Shown: positions 1-13,439, counted from the whole stretch's first letter. The stretch is 63,502 nucleotides of DNA, filler included, from Phoronis australis (GCA_002633005.1; 8 parts of 8 records of this genome joined end to end with filler, not necessarily neighbours in it), one strand, 5' to 3'. The notes: a model not told the origin generated them from the letters alone. A program made the numbers and translations.

Positions 1-600
1 AAGCTAAAGACCGGACAGGGTGCATGCAAAACCTGGGAATCAACCGAAACTTACCTTGCCCGTTACAGCCGTTTGATAGAAAAACAATCTAATAAACGTC
101 ATTTTCTTGCGTAATCCTCCACCTTTTCTAATAAACAAAAGTTGAGTCACGGTTTCAAAAACAGTACAGTCGTGACACGCGTACACGCCATTTCCTAATT
201 TTTTGCGACATCTCTCGGGAGATGATACATGTAGGTTGGCAGCAGCAAAATTTCTTCTGAAATTTGGTTTGCTGGAATCAAAATTCTAAAAACTTATAAT
301 GAAGTGAAACCAGTTCTGATAATTTGTTGTGACGTGTATGCAACTTAGTGAAAGAACAATTAACCCAGTTGATTGAAGGATCGGCGAAAAAAAACTGGCA
401 AATAGATGACAATATTTCATGGCGCCGAAAGCCGACGCATAAGATCGCTACACAACTTTAGCTGCAGAACAAATTTTCTAACATCGATAAATAATTTAGA
501 GTACTCAAGGAAGGGTGCAGTTTTTAATGACAATAATTTTGTGTCATATTTTATCTGGTCATTTTTTACCCACATCGGCACAAAGCTGTATATTTAGTAT
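1..600 (+). mobile_element. Copy of non-autonomous interspersed element (family A), truncated by window start
   Basis: Near-identical to ~2655-3249 (starts aagctaaagaccggacagggtgcatgc, ends atttagtata), then diverges. Confidence 0.8.
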
Positions 601-1732
601 ATACTGGGGAACCCAATGGTCGTCCGCCTAAGCATAAAACCGACTTGCTGTTGTACTCACCGAATTATTCCACTTNCACGCTAGTGACACGAGTGACATG
701 CAAACGGAACCCGTCTGAAAAGTGACTGAAAGAGAACCAAAGATGTGGCATGTGGCATTCTGTGTTCATGGTCAACTACATAATGTCTATCTCAGGTGTC
801 TTGCTTGTAACAAAAGCTGTGTTTAGGCGAGCGGTTTTTCCAGTGCAAGTTGTTGGAGACATGAGAGGACTGCGAATATAAGTGATTGAGTGCATAAGAG
901 TTAAGCTGCAGTTCCTCCAATGGCCCTCAGCTGTCACAATAGCACCACAACTGGCAGTTCCAAGTTTAGTTTGGGGAAATAGGCCTAGATGAAAATGCGC
1001 GCTTATTTAACACATAAATTACAAATTCTGCAAAACAACGAGCAACTGATGGCCACCAGAGGGAGTTGCAATGGCCAAGTCACACAAACTTCTCCAATGT
1101 TATAAAAATAAAACTCTACAAAGGGTATAATTTATCGATTTTGGCAACGATAAAACGAGACCACAAGAGGGTGCTGCTGTGATAGTCAGATTACAAAACT
1201 AACCTTGTTATGTTATGCTACTTTAACGGAAGGTTCAACACATTTGATGAAAAGGTGCCCTAGACGACACAGCAATTGTTAGAACTGACAGAAAACTGGC
1301 ACTTCTCTGTGACTGTAATATGTCTGCAGGCCTAATTTTGAGCAGTCTTATTCAAGGCGTGAGAGCAACGTAAATACAAATACACATAAGCGCTGCTAAC
1401 ATTAAACCCGTGCAATTATTCAAAAGACAAGTTTTCCTCTTTACCGCTAACCATTATAAAATTGTTCTTGTGTTATTCCTTGCTCAGTTAAAAAGTAATT
1501 TCTGGGCTCAGGAACAACTGGCACTACAGTTCTTTATTTCTTCAGATCGAGCTCATCAAAATTGAGGTCATGTGACCACAAACAATAATGAATGATCACT
1601 TCTTTCAAAGCCACAAAATCACTTCTAATGTGACTGAGGAACAATTTGAGACCAATTTTGTAATGGTAAGTGGTCTGAATCAAAATTCTTTTTTCACAGA
1701 AAGCACGGGTGTAATGTTGCTTTGAAACTTAC

Positions 1733-1959
1733 CGAGAAAGTAATTTCTTTCCTTTTCACCGTCAATTCCAAAATTCACCATTATGTACAACTGCAGTATG
1801 AGCTGAGGCGCTGACTCCAAGAATGCTTCAAACAGACGTAACAAGGTCGAGTCGGCATCCTCGTAGAGCATCATTTGATAGAAAAACTTTCTTTTCTCTA
1901 ATTCTCGCTCATCTTGTAATCGTCGCGTTTTCCATCCATACCATAATGCATCTACGTAC
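1733..1959 (-). CDS. XKR: XK-related protein, coding exon 2 (rest of gene lies before position 1)
   Basis: TTAG acceptor at 1960-1961 joins in frame to give RYVDALWYG...LLRLFEAFLESAPQLILQLYIM, the XK-family signature; GTAAGT donor at 1732 (phase 1). Confidence 0.94.
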
Positions 1960-2530
1960 CTAACCACAGAAAATAACAAAATAAACTTACCACAGACTGA
2001 CAGCTGACATCCATGTTTAGCTTAACGCCCTCCAATGAAATCGATGCTTACTTTAAACTCCCATGCTTGGCTTAGTGCCGCAAGACCCAACCCCCCACGC
2101 CACTGAAACTGGGAATCGGAGAAACTCTACAAAAGGTTGCTCTACACAAATCTGCAGAATGGTTTTACCTATATTTTCAAAACTTTCATTGCAAAGACGC
2201 AACTACTTTTAATTACAGTATAGTAATTAGGTAATGACTCAGGCTTGATAGGTTAGAAAATTTCAGCTGTTCACAAATCCTACTTAAGGCATTAATGGAA
2301 TAAAGCCACAAAAGGCTGGAGTTCTAGGACCAACCACAAGCAATGGTAACCCACATTGGTGTCAGAACTTTGCGAAATAAACTACTGATCTTTGCGCCAA
2401 AATGAAGCTACCCTAAGTTCCTAAATTACCGCCAGTGGTTTATGGGTTTCTTAATAGTTACCAGAACCGAAATTGTGACAATGAGCCAGGAGTAGTGCAT
2501 TATAGTTTCTCAGGATGCTTCCGGCCCACT

Positions 2531-3269
2531 CAGCCAGCCAGCTAGCTGTATGAAGACTATCGTCAAAATACAGCTAGGTACCACTGTGTGTTAATCTTCC
2601 ATAGACCCCGGAATTGCACATAGCCAAGGTAGTTCTGCTCGTCACCATGCCGTAAAGCTAAAGACCGGACAGGGTGCATGCAAAACCTGGGAATCAACCG
2701 AAACTTACCTTGCCCGTTACAGCCGTTTGAGTGAAAAACAATCTAATAAACGTAATTTTCTTGCATAATCCTCCATCTTTGCCAACAAACAAAAGTTAAG
2801 TCACGGTTTCAAAAACAGTACAGTCGTGACACGCGTACACGCCATTTCCTAATTTTTTGCGACATCTCTCGGGAGATGATACATGTAGGGTGGCAGCAGC
2901 AAAATTTCTTCTGAAATTTGGTTTGCTGGAATCAAAATTCTAAAAACTTATAATGAAGTGAAACCAGTTCTGATAATTTGTTGTGACGTGTATGCAACCT
3001 AGTGAAAGAACAATTAACTCAGTTGATTGAAGGATCGGCGAAAAAAAACTGGCAAATAGATGACAATATGGCGCCGAAAGCCGACGCATAAGATCGCTAC
3101 ACAACTTTAGCTGCAGAACAATTTTTCTAACATCGATAAATAATTTAGAGTACTCAAGGAAGGGTGCAGTTTTTAATGACAATAATTTTGTGTCATATCT
3201 TATCTGGTCATTTTTTACCCACATCAGCGCAAAGCTGTATATTTAGTATACAACTTTGTACCAAGGCTA
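2531..3269 (+). mobile_element. Family A non-autonomous DNA element in XKR intron 1, (T/C)AGCC...GGCTA termini
   Basis: Homologous to 1-600, to the internally deleted copy at 30375-30490 and to the diverged inverted copy at ~32086-32731; no credible ORF. Confidence 0.7.
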
Positions 3270-3322
3270 TTCCCGATGACCTGCATTTTCTAATGGTAAC
3301 CCATTGTTACCAAACCACTTAC

Positions 3323-3810
3323 CTGAGGAGAGGGGCGATCTGTAAAATTATACACAGGGAGCGGAGCAACCATTTCCAGATTGGAACATGACTCAATTTT
3401 GCATCAAATAAGTCGTAATTTGCAGGAAGTTCCTGTCGCGATTTGTGGTCTAGTATATACCACTTCAAACTAAATATACTGATCACTACTGACGGCAAAA
3501 CTATAAAGACCGTAGTCCACGCGAAGTATGTATAGCGAGACTGTTGGTAATATACCACGGCCAAAGAAACATCCGTTCCGACGTCTACAATGTAGGAAAC
3601 GATGGAGACCAACGAAACAAAAACATCCCACCACGTGTAAACGTGACTGTGAGTTGCTGAGTTATCGACTACGTCAAATCCATTTGAATCTGATGTCCTG
3701 TCCCTTGTAGGAGCTGCCTGAACTGTATAACTGACAGCTTTTGTCGAAGCCCAGTGTGCATTTCGTCGAGTTTGAACGACTTTCGCGTTCGTCTCAACCC
3801 TGGAAGACAT
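3323..3810 (-). CDS. XKR: XK-related protein (phospholipid scramblase family), coding exon 1
   Basis: ATG at 3810; TM segments and motif SYIVDVGTDVSLAVVYY...FAWTTVFIVLPSVVISIFSLKWY...LQIAPLLR; GTAAGT donor at 3322 (phase 2). Confidence 0.93.
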
Positions 3811-5257
3811 GTTTTTCTAAATTTACAACAATAGCGCCATCTAACGAGTAGCTCTTTCAAAACAGACGTAGGTAAAATCTCCCTGCCTGTTTCCTGACCT
3901 CGTGTTACCTTCTGACACAGCGCTGCCTCTACTGTAAAGTGGCCCTGTGGAAACACGATGAACGGCAAGCGGACTTTCGTATGTGGGCATCAACACCCGG
4001 CCAACCCTTGATCCATAGGTGGATTTAGGGGGTGGGGCCCAGGGGGCCCGCCCCCCCACTGGCTGTCGCAAAAAATAAAACAGGCAAGAACGTAGGGAAA
4101 TGTTGAGTTTACTAATTAACCCAGGTAATTAACATTATACGGCGGAAACAAGATTTAAATGTGTGCAGTTTTAATGTGTTTGGGGGGGGGGNNNNNNNNN
4201 NNNNNNNNNNNNNNNNNNNNNNNNNNNNNNNNNNNNNNNNNNNNNNNNNNNNNNNNNNNNNNNNNNNNNNNNNNNNNNNNNNNNNNNNNNNNNNNNNNNN
4301 NNNNNNNNNNNNNNNNNNNNNNNNNNNNNNNNNNNNNNNNNNNNNNNNNNNNNNNNNNNNNNNNNNNNNNNNNNNNNNNNNNNNNNNNNNNNNNNNNNNN
4401 NNNNNNNNNNNNNNNNNNNNNNNNNNNNNNNNNNNNNNNNNNNNNNNNNNNNNNNNNNNNNNNNNNNNNNNNNNNNNNNNNNNNNNNNNNNNNNNNNNNN
4501 NNNNNNNNNNNNNNNNNNNNNNNNNNNNNNNNNNNNNNNNNNNNNNNNNNNNNNNNNNNNNNNNNNNNNNNNNNNNNNNNNNNNNNNNNNNNNNNNNNNN
4601 NNNNNNNNNNNNNNNNNNNNNNNNNNNNNNNNNNNNNNNNNNNNNNNNNNNNNNNNNNNNNNNNNNNNNNNNNNNNNNNNNNNNNNNNNNNNNNNNNNNN
4701 NNNNNNNNNNNNNNNNNNNNNNNNNNNNNNNNNNNNNNNNNNNNNNNNNNNNNNNNNNNNNNNNNNNNNNNNNNNNNNNNNNNNNNNNNNNNGCTCAGAT
4801 CCACATTCAAGTGTTAAATTCGGAACGAAACTATGGCTAAGTATAGGCTCTCCCGCGATATCCCAGGCGACCGTCGTCTGCTTCACTGTGCAATGAAGAA
4901 AACTACTTCATTTTTTTTAAAGAAAATATAATCTGAGTGACGATGAAAAAACAGAAGCTGCTGGTAAGATGTCAATTTTAATCGAAGCCTTAGCCAATCA
5001 CTAAGAAACTCATAATTCTCTCTTTGTCAAACCTTAACTTACGACGATTTCCAAAGCAATCGCGTCATTAATGCCAACACAAAAAACGGATTTGGTTTTT
5101 TGGGCAATTGAAGACTATTTTAAATACAACAAATTTGTTACGAACTGATTGCACAAATGTAAAAAGTGTAATAAGCATTACAAATAGAAGTAGGCACGCG
5201 CTAACGCTGTGGACCATAAACAACTAGATCTCTTATTATCAAGAATGTTAGTGAAGT

Positions 5258-5325
5258 CGTGGCATTGGTAAAGCACGTGCGCACTCACCGTCGGGTCGTG
5301 AGTTCGAATCTGTGGTCGTTGCCAT
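5258..5325 (+). mobile_element. tRNA-derived SINE head / pseudo-tRNA
   Basis: A-box-like GTGGCATTGG and B-box GAGTTCGAATC followed by a T run; no intact cloverleaf. A more decayed copy lies at ~30535-30610 (ggtcgtgagttgaatttc). Confidence 0.5.
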
Positions 5326-6734
5326 TTTTCATGTTTGACACGTGCAGTTTTTTTTCTTTTTCTTTGCCTTTTTTTCTTGGATAATACTTCAGGAATCAAG
5401 GAAAATGGTTGATTTTTAAAGGAAAAACAGAAAAAATTTCCTGGGCGGGAGGGGGGGGGGGTTCGCCCCCCTCCCGCCCAGGTTCTATGCCCATCAAATT
5501 GTGCTTTGCACAAATGTTTTCGGACAAAGTGTTGGGCCCCCCTTGTGATATGATAACCTAGATCCGCCACTGTGATCGACAACGACCGGAAAACGACAGA
5601 GAACGAAATTTGGCGCTAGAAACGAAGCCAGGCAAGGTGAGTAAATTTGATGAATTTTCGTTGTTTTTACTTCCAATGTGAAAACAGAGACATGACTTCA
5701 ACTATGCGTAACACATTTAGGAAGGGCAGGTAGAGGCATTTACTACGTAAGCCAACACTGCGTGTAGTCGCCAACTAACTAGAGCGACGTCTTTCGTGAA
5801 AATGCAGGTAGAGGTTTAGGCTAGTGTCTCTCCCAATTATAGGAGAAAAGTTACGTTGACCTAGACATCGCGTAAGCCGAAGTTGATTTGAATGTCATTT
5901 TGGCAAATTGCCGTTATTTTTGGCACTAAATCAATAAATTGACCATGGAGTTAGTGAAAAATGACGTGTGAAAATATAACGCAACGCTTGTTTTTTGTAG
6001 TTTTGCCAGGATCTCTGATTTTTCGACGCTTTTCTGTTGAAAGATGCTATTGAGAACGCAATGATAAGCGATCGGGAACGCAAATTTGTGTTTGTTTATG
6101 CGATCGGGAACGCATTGTGGTGTGTTGAACAGTAATGAACTTTTTACTTGTAAAACGTGAAGAAGGTTACAAAATAAGTGTGGTGCAATGAATTTATCAC
6201 ATTTTGTGTCGTTACAGTGTTACTTTCGTATCAAAACTGAACAATGACATATCATATTTCCATTAAATTGCCATGAGCACTACATGTACACCAAGCATAA
6301 TTCACAAACGAACTTATTCTCATTTCAGGAAACAAGTTCACTGTTAATGTGAGGCGAGCTTCAACGAACATGTTACCGACGACGTGAAGGTACACCCGAC
6401 TAGGGTTTTGAAAAGTACAGGCCAGGCATCCACTTTTTGACCAAACCACTGAGAACAAGGGTTTCTAAACTGAAGACTCACCCAGGAGTTGTTCATGTGG
6501 CCTGTCAGCCAGGGGTAAACAAATTGTTGCAGCAACGAGATGAAAGCGAGTGTAGAATCTTCTTGTAAAATTGTGACAGCAAAAGGAAAAAAAACAAATA
6601 GCCAGTGAAGTCAAAGAATGATGATGAGCTTGCCCACTGGGAGAGAGGGGAGCGCGGCAACACTTCACGAGATGATTCAAAGATTGTCACTCATAAACGT
6701 CTGGGATAAAAAATTGGTCAGTACCCATACCAAA

Positions 6735-7135
6735 AGACCATGTTTGCCGCAAGATTGCAGCAAACATGCCGCAAGCTTGCGGCAAACAATTTTGTTTGCA
6801 GCAAACCAGCCGCAAAGTTTGCAGGAGTTTGCCGCTACCCGCAACTCAGCCGCACACATTGCCGCAACCTTGCTGCAAACACAGAAGTTTGCAGGAATGT
6901 TGCGGCAAACTTGGTGATTGAAAAAGTGTTTGCGAGAAAGTTGCAGGAAACTTTATTGTTGAAAAGAGTTTGCGGGAAAGTTGCAGGAAACTTTATTGAT
7001 GAAAAAGTGTTTGCGGCAAAGTTGCAGGAAACTTTATTGTTGAAAAGTGTTTGCGGGAAAGTTGCAGGAAACTTTATTGACGAAAAAGTGTTTGCGGGAA
7101 AGTTGCAGGAAACTTTATTGGTGAAAAAGTGTTCT
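6735..7135. repeat. TTGC(C/G)GCAA-rich block followed by a 41/40-bp minisatellite; probable DNA-transposon subterminal region
   Basis: Units at 6920-6960 (41), 6961-7000 (40), 7001-7041 (41), 7042-7081 (40), 7082-7122 (41); consensus gaaaa(a)gtgtttgcgggaaagttgcaggaaactttattgNN. Inverted ttgccgcaa/ttgcggcaa motifs upstream. Confidence 0.9.
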
Positions 7136-7379
7136 CAGGAATAGGTGTTTCCAGTCAAGAAAATACCATTCCAGTGAGCCAAAGTAATGTGCACGTGATT
7201 ATGTTGGTGAATTAGCCACGAAACTGCGAATCTGCTTACTCGTCGGGGGCCGCGAATTCAGGTTCCGCTTTGGCCACAGCAACGTCAGGGCAGAAGTTGT
7301 ACATTGACAATCATTATCATATTGAGTACTGTGGATGTTAATAAAGATTCGCCTAACACCTGGCCGAGGGATGGAAATC

Positions 7380-8156
7380 GAGTTGTTTCACAACAGTTTC
7401 TGCGAGCAAACACTAAATTAGCATGAGCTCACACGGCCTCGGGTGTCCCGTCAATTAGTTTTATTGCACCTAAAGCCTGTAACGCAGTGATTTATTCATT
7501 GCTGGCTTCTCAAATCATTTGCACTCACGAACACTCCAAGGGCATTACAAATTGCATCTAATGAGACAGACTTTGTTTCAGTTTTATATAAGTATTGGTT
7601 AGGGTGAGAATAATTCATTTTGAAACAGAACGCTCAGTAATTTAAACGCCAACATGGCAACTCGCAATCCCGACTTAGGACGAGCTAGAGCTCTTCAGTC
7701 CAAACTTCGCAGGTGAATCGTTAAGTTTTACAGGCTATCAATTCGAACAGGAACACAGTGATGAAGAAATACAAGAGAGGCGCCGTGAACAAGCTCATAC
7801 AACGGAAAGTATGGAGTTATTTGGTAAGCCGGCATTCGTCAGGCACTGTCGAAGACTGCAGGCCACAGACACGGAGATGTTTCACGGCCTCATACTTGCT
7901 ACTTACAGCTTACATTTCATTCTTCACTACCATGAGCCACTTCCTAAGCATTTCGGACTCTCGAGGAAGTAAAAAAAACGATATACCCGCTTTCCTCGCA
8001 GCTGCTTAGTTCGGACAAACGGAAACGATGCACCTTCCTCACAGGTTAACGCGACACCTCTTTGCAAGGTAAGGTCGACCGTATGCGAGCCGATGTGGAT
8101 ATAGACCGATTAAGACGGCAAAACAGACTAATTAAATCGGGTGACATTCTCCTTTA
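7380..8156. mobile_element. Decayed Kolobok-like element: THAP-like relic (-) and GYQFE-type accessory ORF start (+)
   Basis: + frame reads TGYQFEQEHSDEEIQERRR ending at a GTAAGC donor (~7823), like the 'YxFEP' start of P2X7-C-terminal-like accessory proteins; broken THAP-like text on - strand; CCTTTA end at ~8151-8156. Confidence 0.35.
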
Positions 8157-9285
8157 GAAACAGCAAATGCTCAAAGATGACCAAATGCGACCTAAAACAC
8201 TAGAGAATATAATTGCATCTGTATGTACTTTGTTTTTATTCAGTTACTGTACTTAACAAATTTTCAGCTTTCATACTGCTGACAAAGTCAGTACAGCAAA
8301 ATATTAAATGCAAATGCTTTAAAACAACAAAGGCAGTGTTACCTGCATGTTTTTAAACAAGCATAATAAATATCAATACAAACCATGCACAAATATATGA
8401 TCCAGTTTTACCAAATGTGCAAGTATTAGCATTTAGAGCAATTTGTATTTTTCCAACATTTGAAATTATCCCATAATCAGGTGGTAGCAGCCACTGTAGC
8501 TACAGTAAAATTTTGTCTATTTCAGACAAAAATAATTGCCAAAAATTACTTATTTTGATTTTTCAAGGACATTTAGCATAATGTTGTGAAGACTCACAAT
8601 TTTTCAAAATATTGTCTGTCACAAGCTATGGTACGGACATAGATATGGCTCGGGATTCTTGTGGTACTGCACATTATTTATGAAAACATAAGAAATTAAA
8701 TTTCACTAGTGAATTCTTATATTATTGTTTTATGCTTCTAGGGCTATTGTTTATTTTAATCGTACTAGCCTAGCTACATCTTGAACTGCTAGGACTGTTT
8801 TCAAGGAATTAGAATACATTAATGTTTAATACCTCCTAAGGGCTGCTGATTGTTTATTTAAATTATGTAAGCCCAGCCACATGTTGAACTGGTGGGACTG
8901 TTATCAAGGAAAGCATGTGGTTGTTAAGGTTACATGCCTGCGAAGTGACCTATACATGGATAACTGAAGAACTGTATGGATGTGAGTTTTGATTTTAAAA
9001 TTGTATTTATGTTGATGTGATTGTTAAGTAACATTACTTAGACTTCATTCATGAATCATGCAGTAGTTTTGGTCTTACAAACAAAAGGAAGTTGCTTTTC
9101 TTACTGATTCAGCCTACGTAATTGGAGGTTATAATGGTTATAGGGAAAAGTACAGCACAGATTTCAATGGCACGATATAGGGTAAAGTGAAAACGCGCAT
9201 TTTAAAATGTGTCGGTTTTTGACGGTGAAATCGACACATTTCGTTTCTCAACTAAAACCCGCAAAAACTTGCTCATTAAACGAAA

Positions 9286-9385
9286 NNNNNNNNNNNNNNN
9301 NNNNNNNNNNNNNNNNNNNNNNNNNNNNNTTAATTAATTAANNNNNNNNNNNNNNNNNNNNNNNNNNNNNNNNNNNNNNNNNNNN
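9286..9385. other. Artificial 100-bp contig spacer; identical spacers at 15162-15261, 18347-18446, 20514-20613, 31839-31938, 39854-39953, 60623-60722
   Basis: Each is 44 N + TTAATTAATTAA (stops in all six frames) + 44 N, unlike the variable-size gaps at 4192-4792, 26709-27505 and 32732-32769. Confidence 0.97.
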
Positions 9386-9559
9386 CCACGCCGCGCAGGG
9401 TTTATCCTTGTACAAATAAACACTCTATAACAACAGTTCACCAATTAAGTTTAGTTTTTTCTTCCATTGGTTTTGGTGGAGTTTAGTAAATGGAATGGGT
9501 TGTAATCGAATGCGTCATAATTTAGACTGACACTGTTTTTAGTTTTATTTTGTTTGCTT

Positions 9560-10140
9560 GTTCTTTTTGTATTATTGATTGGCATGACCCTTGAGGTCAT
9601 TACAGTGATGATGTGATTTGTTTACTACAGTACAGTGTGGAACTTTCTAGAAGACTCTAGTATGACAGTGATTAATGCAGTCTGGAATATTCTAGAGACT
9701 AGCATATGTTTGTAGAATGATTGGGTAGATTCCGGAAAGTTCTGGCATGCATGTGCTTGAATTGGTGAAAAGTTCTAGACAAAAGCTACGGGTAGTCCGT
9801 AAAGCAGTTAAACAGTTGGAGTTACTGTTGAGTTGCTTTGAAGATAATCAGCAGTTACAGCGAGAGTGTGCAGAGAGCCTGCTACAGAGACAGCAGGTTA
9901 TTGAATCAAGGAGTGTAACAGTTGCTGGAGTGTCCCAGAACTTCATCACAAGTCAAGGCTTCGCGGCACTGGCTGGAGCGTAGAACAGACATTACGTCCG
10001 ACGTTTTGTTTGAGTAGGCAAGAATAATAAAGTAATGAACTCGAACGAGTCTTCAGTCTATCGTCGCACCTAAAGCTATTAGCACCGGTCTGTTAGCACC
10101 TGCGCCCACCGGTGGGCCCACACACGGGAAAAACGTGACA
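9560..10140 (+). mobile_element. Solo-LTR-like sequence (family B)
   Basis: Repeated ttctaga motifs, AATAAA near 10026, ends ...cgtgaCA; 3' part homologous to ~58040-58239. 5' end not located. Confidence 0.55.
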
Positions 10141-12414
10141 GACTGCTTCCTCAGGAAGTCAAGGAATTGCGATAAAGCCAACCATAGTTTCGTGATCCGT
10201 GATCCCTGCCTATCAGGCATCCGTATGTGTGACATTGAAAACTTGGACACCTATGGAAAACTGTAAAAATTACCATCAGTTCATCCGTTGCGTGTTAGTA
10301 TACATGACGAATCGCTTCGTGAGCCGTTTTTCCAGAAGCAGACGCGTGATATGCTGATTCACACTCGTTTGGTCGTCGCAACTCTTGAGTGGCGTCCATG
10401 TGGCTCGCCCGTCAAAAGACCATGACGCAATTAAAGAAGGGATGGAGCACTTCAAAAATTTATCTAATGGGTGCCCTACTATTTAAGACACCAATTCACC
10501 CCAACACATGAGTGTGACATGTGTCAGAAACTTCCGGAAGTCCACTGCCAAACAAGGAATCCAAAATACGCTATTTTGGGTAACTAAATGAGTTCATTGG
10601 GTGCAATCCATCAAACTTTTAAGATGTTGGCCTACTAGACATCATTTTCTTCTGCTTATGACCGTGTGGTCTTGCTAAGCCATCATCACGAATCCGTTGT
10701 TCATATATCGTGTGCAATTTCGTCGATATTGACATAAAGGGATTTCATGCACCCAGTCGGCCTATGATTGGATGGTCAGTCAACGGATGCTCGTGCTTGA
10801 ATAAAGACACCGATTTTGAGTAACTTGTTTTAGCATGATAACGAGCATTCTCGCAAAGCTCGAAGGCCAGGTTTGCCTCATTGAATGACTTCTTGTCGAC
10901 ATTTATAGCCAAGTTTTCTCCTGAGGCCAAAAGAGTTGCTTTGAGTTACGAAATTTCTGTCGAGATCACACAAGGTAAACACTAATGATCTGGGGTGTCA
11001 GGTTTCTCCAGAAAGTTTACAAGCAAGACACATTGTACTGACTCCGCCTTGCCTTAAGACTAAGGCAAAAATATCTTTGTCGCGTCTGTGAAAGCGCGAA
11101 TTTAAAATTTAACAGTGGACAATTATAACCAAATGGGACATCTGGAATTAATGTTACCTACCTCCCACTGAGGAATGGGGCTCAAAACTTGAAGTGCTGA
11201 CGCCAGTCGAGGCTGATCTTACCCGACCGCAATGAGCAAAACTCGGGTCACTCGTCGCAGTAGAAAACTTAATTGGCCCTATGTTCTTGGAAGTCTCCAA
11301 TATGTTGATGTTCAGAAATACACGCAGTCCTTTCCTTAGTCTATATAGTTCTCACGTAACGCCTATCTCTCGCAGACGTACAAAAGAATTAAGCAACACT
11401 TATTGGAAGAGGAAAGGTTCATGGGTTCTTTGACTTACCAGATGTCTTCGTTGCACAAGAATGTTCACGTGATATGCTCTCCCGGGTGGTACCCGGATAA
11501 TCTGCGTTGCTGTGAGTCCTTCGTTGTTGAATCTCAACCAAAACAAAAAGGTTATGTTTGGTTAAAGATACTATGTCTCATTAAAACCCTGAATATTTAA
11601 ATGTGTAGCAAGCGCCACCTAGTGACTTTCTGATACACTGTGTACTAATATACCAAATATATTGCGCTTTTAAACCAAACACCACAACTGATACACTGAA
11701 AAAACAAGGGGAAACATATAAAAACCCTAGCAATTCCAAACATTACGCAATCGTGTATTTGATAATGAAATAAAGAAATAATAAAAACAGTGTGCTTTGT
11801 TTCATTAGGGTAACGACAATATTGCATGTGAGAGTCTCCCAGGGATTTCCATGTCATCCAAAGAAATGTGGACGAGAAGTGGGTGCAAATATCTAGACTT
11901 TGCACTACCAAAGACGCAAAATGGCATTATGTTGAATATTGTACAAGGTGACGGCAAAATGAAACTATATGCCTTCTTTGTTCTCTTAGCCGGCATCGGG
12001 TCTTCGTCCGCCATGATGAAATATTACCATGCTCATTTACATAAAAATAGTCTCGCAAACGAGACTTTCGCGGTTTTGTAATGATAACTGGTTTTTGGAT
12101 GGTTTCCGGTACACTGGAGGACCTGGGATTGTTTATAAATCAGTACTTCATTTCTGTACTTACAATTAAATGAGACTGCATTTTTAAGAAAATTTTCGTT
12201 TTTTCCTCGTAAGTTGGAAACTGCAGACTTTTAATCTTGGAAACTGGGAGTACGTAGTCTCACTTTAAGGCATATATAGCCAGTAATAACCTCCTCAGTG
12301 GTGATGACTCATCTTCTTCATTTGTATCTTTCATCCTCATTTAGAAAAACGAGCTTGTCCCCTAAAAAAATATATTTCGTCAACGAGGATGTGCACTATG
12401 TTACATCTAAATTG

Positions 12415-12950
12415 TAAAATAGTAAAACTAGTAAAACTAAAATGACTAGCGTTGGTGCTAAAATATATTAAAATATCCCCACGTATCGAGTGATGCGCTC
12501 TTTCTCAAGGGAAATACATGTGGATAGATCTAAAATAAAATGGTACAGGGGACCACATAATGACATACAATATTAACACAACAGGACATAACAACTACAG
12601 CACCAGTGGCGTAGGCCTACGTATGACCAGAGAGAGAGAGGGAGAGCGAGAGAGAGAGCGAGAGCGAGAGCGAGAGGGAGAGGGAGAGGGAGAGGGTCCT
12701 CGGAATATTTTTATTTTTCCCGTCATACGTAGGCCTAACCCACTGGTAGTTGCTATGCCCTGTTGTGTTCATATTCTGTCACTATGTGGCCCCCTGTGCC
12801 ATTTTATTTTAGATCTATCCACAGGTATTCAGCAGTCTGTAGCACACCCTTGAGAAAGAGCGCATCGCTCGATACGTGGGAATATTTTAATACGTTTTAG
12901 TACCGACACTCGTCATTTTAGTTATTAGTTACTAGTTTTAATATTTTATA
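12415..12950. mobile_element. Fold-back MITE with ~210-bp inverted arms around a GA-rich microsatellite
   Basis: Arm 12415-12627 is the reverse complement of 12722-12950 (e.g. cccacgtatcgagtgatgcgctctttctcaaggg vs cccttgagaaagagcgcatcgctcgatacgtggg); (GAGAGC/GAGAGG)n at ~12629-12696. Confidence 0.88.
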
Positions 12951-13439
12951 TTTTTATTCGTCGGTAATTGCACGGCATTGCAACATCTATTTGATTTCAT
13001 CTAAAATGTGCTCACTAGAACGGAATTGAAAGTGTCTCTAAACGGATTTGATCCAGCTGTAACTTACTTAGCGTCCTTTTTAAGTAATTCGTACTTGATT
13101 AAAATCTGTAAAAACTGTAATTTGTGCAAATTAAAAGGCATAGAGAAAACTTTGAGAATCCTGTCATGTTTTAGGTGACGGCATGAAGCTCATAGGTAGA
13201 TAACAGGAACTCTGTCGTCAGAACTATTTGTTGAAGGTCAATGTCACGGCAACATTGCAAGATGTCGTTGATAATTATTCGCTGTTCTTGGATGGAAAGA
13301 TAGAACTTTGAACTTAGCGGGTTAGGCAACAATTTCTGGAACTGTACAATTCAGGTATTATGAAAATATCCATGTGACTGTCAATGTTTTCACGATTTGT
13401 TATGAAAGATTTGAAGACATTGTTTCCATGTCTTTTCAG

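Noticed and set aside
4112-4896. Long ORFs across 4192-4792, and likewise 26588-27585
   Set aside because: They are runs of N translated as X.
9330-9341. Recurrent TTAATTAATTAA as a biological motif
   Set aside because: Always centred in exactly 100 bp of gap; a synthetic linker.
10560-10930. Possible Penelope GIY-YIG relic (-); also piggyBac-like text near 16400-16520 and LINE-like text near 56270-56360
   Set aside because: Too degenerate to support without a profile search.
12560-12853. ORF with an (RE)n/(GE)n tract
   Set aside because: Microsatellite inside a fold-back MITE.
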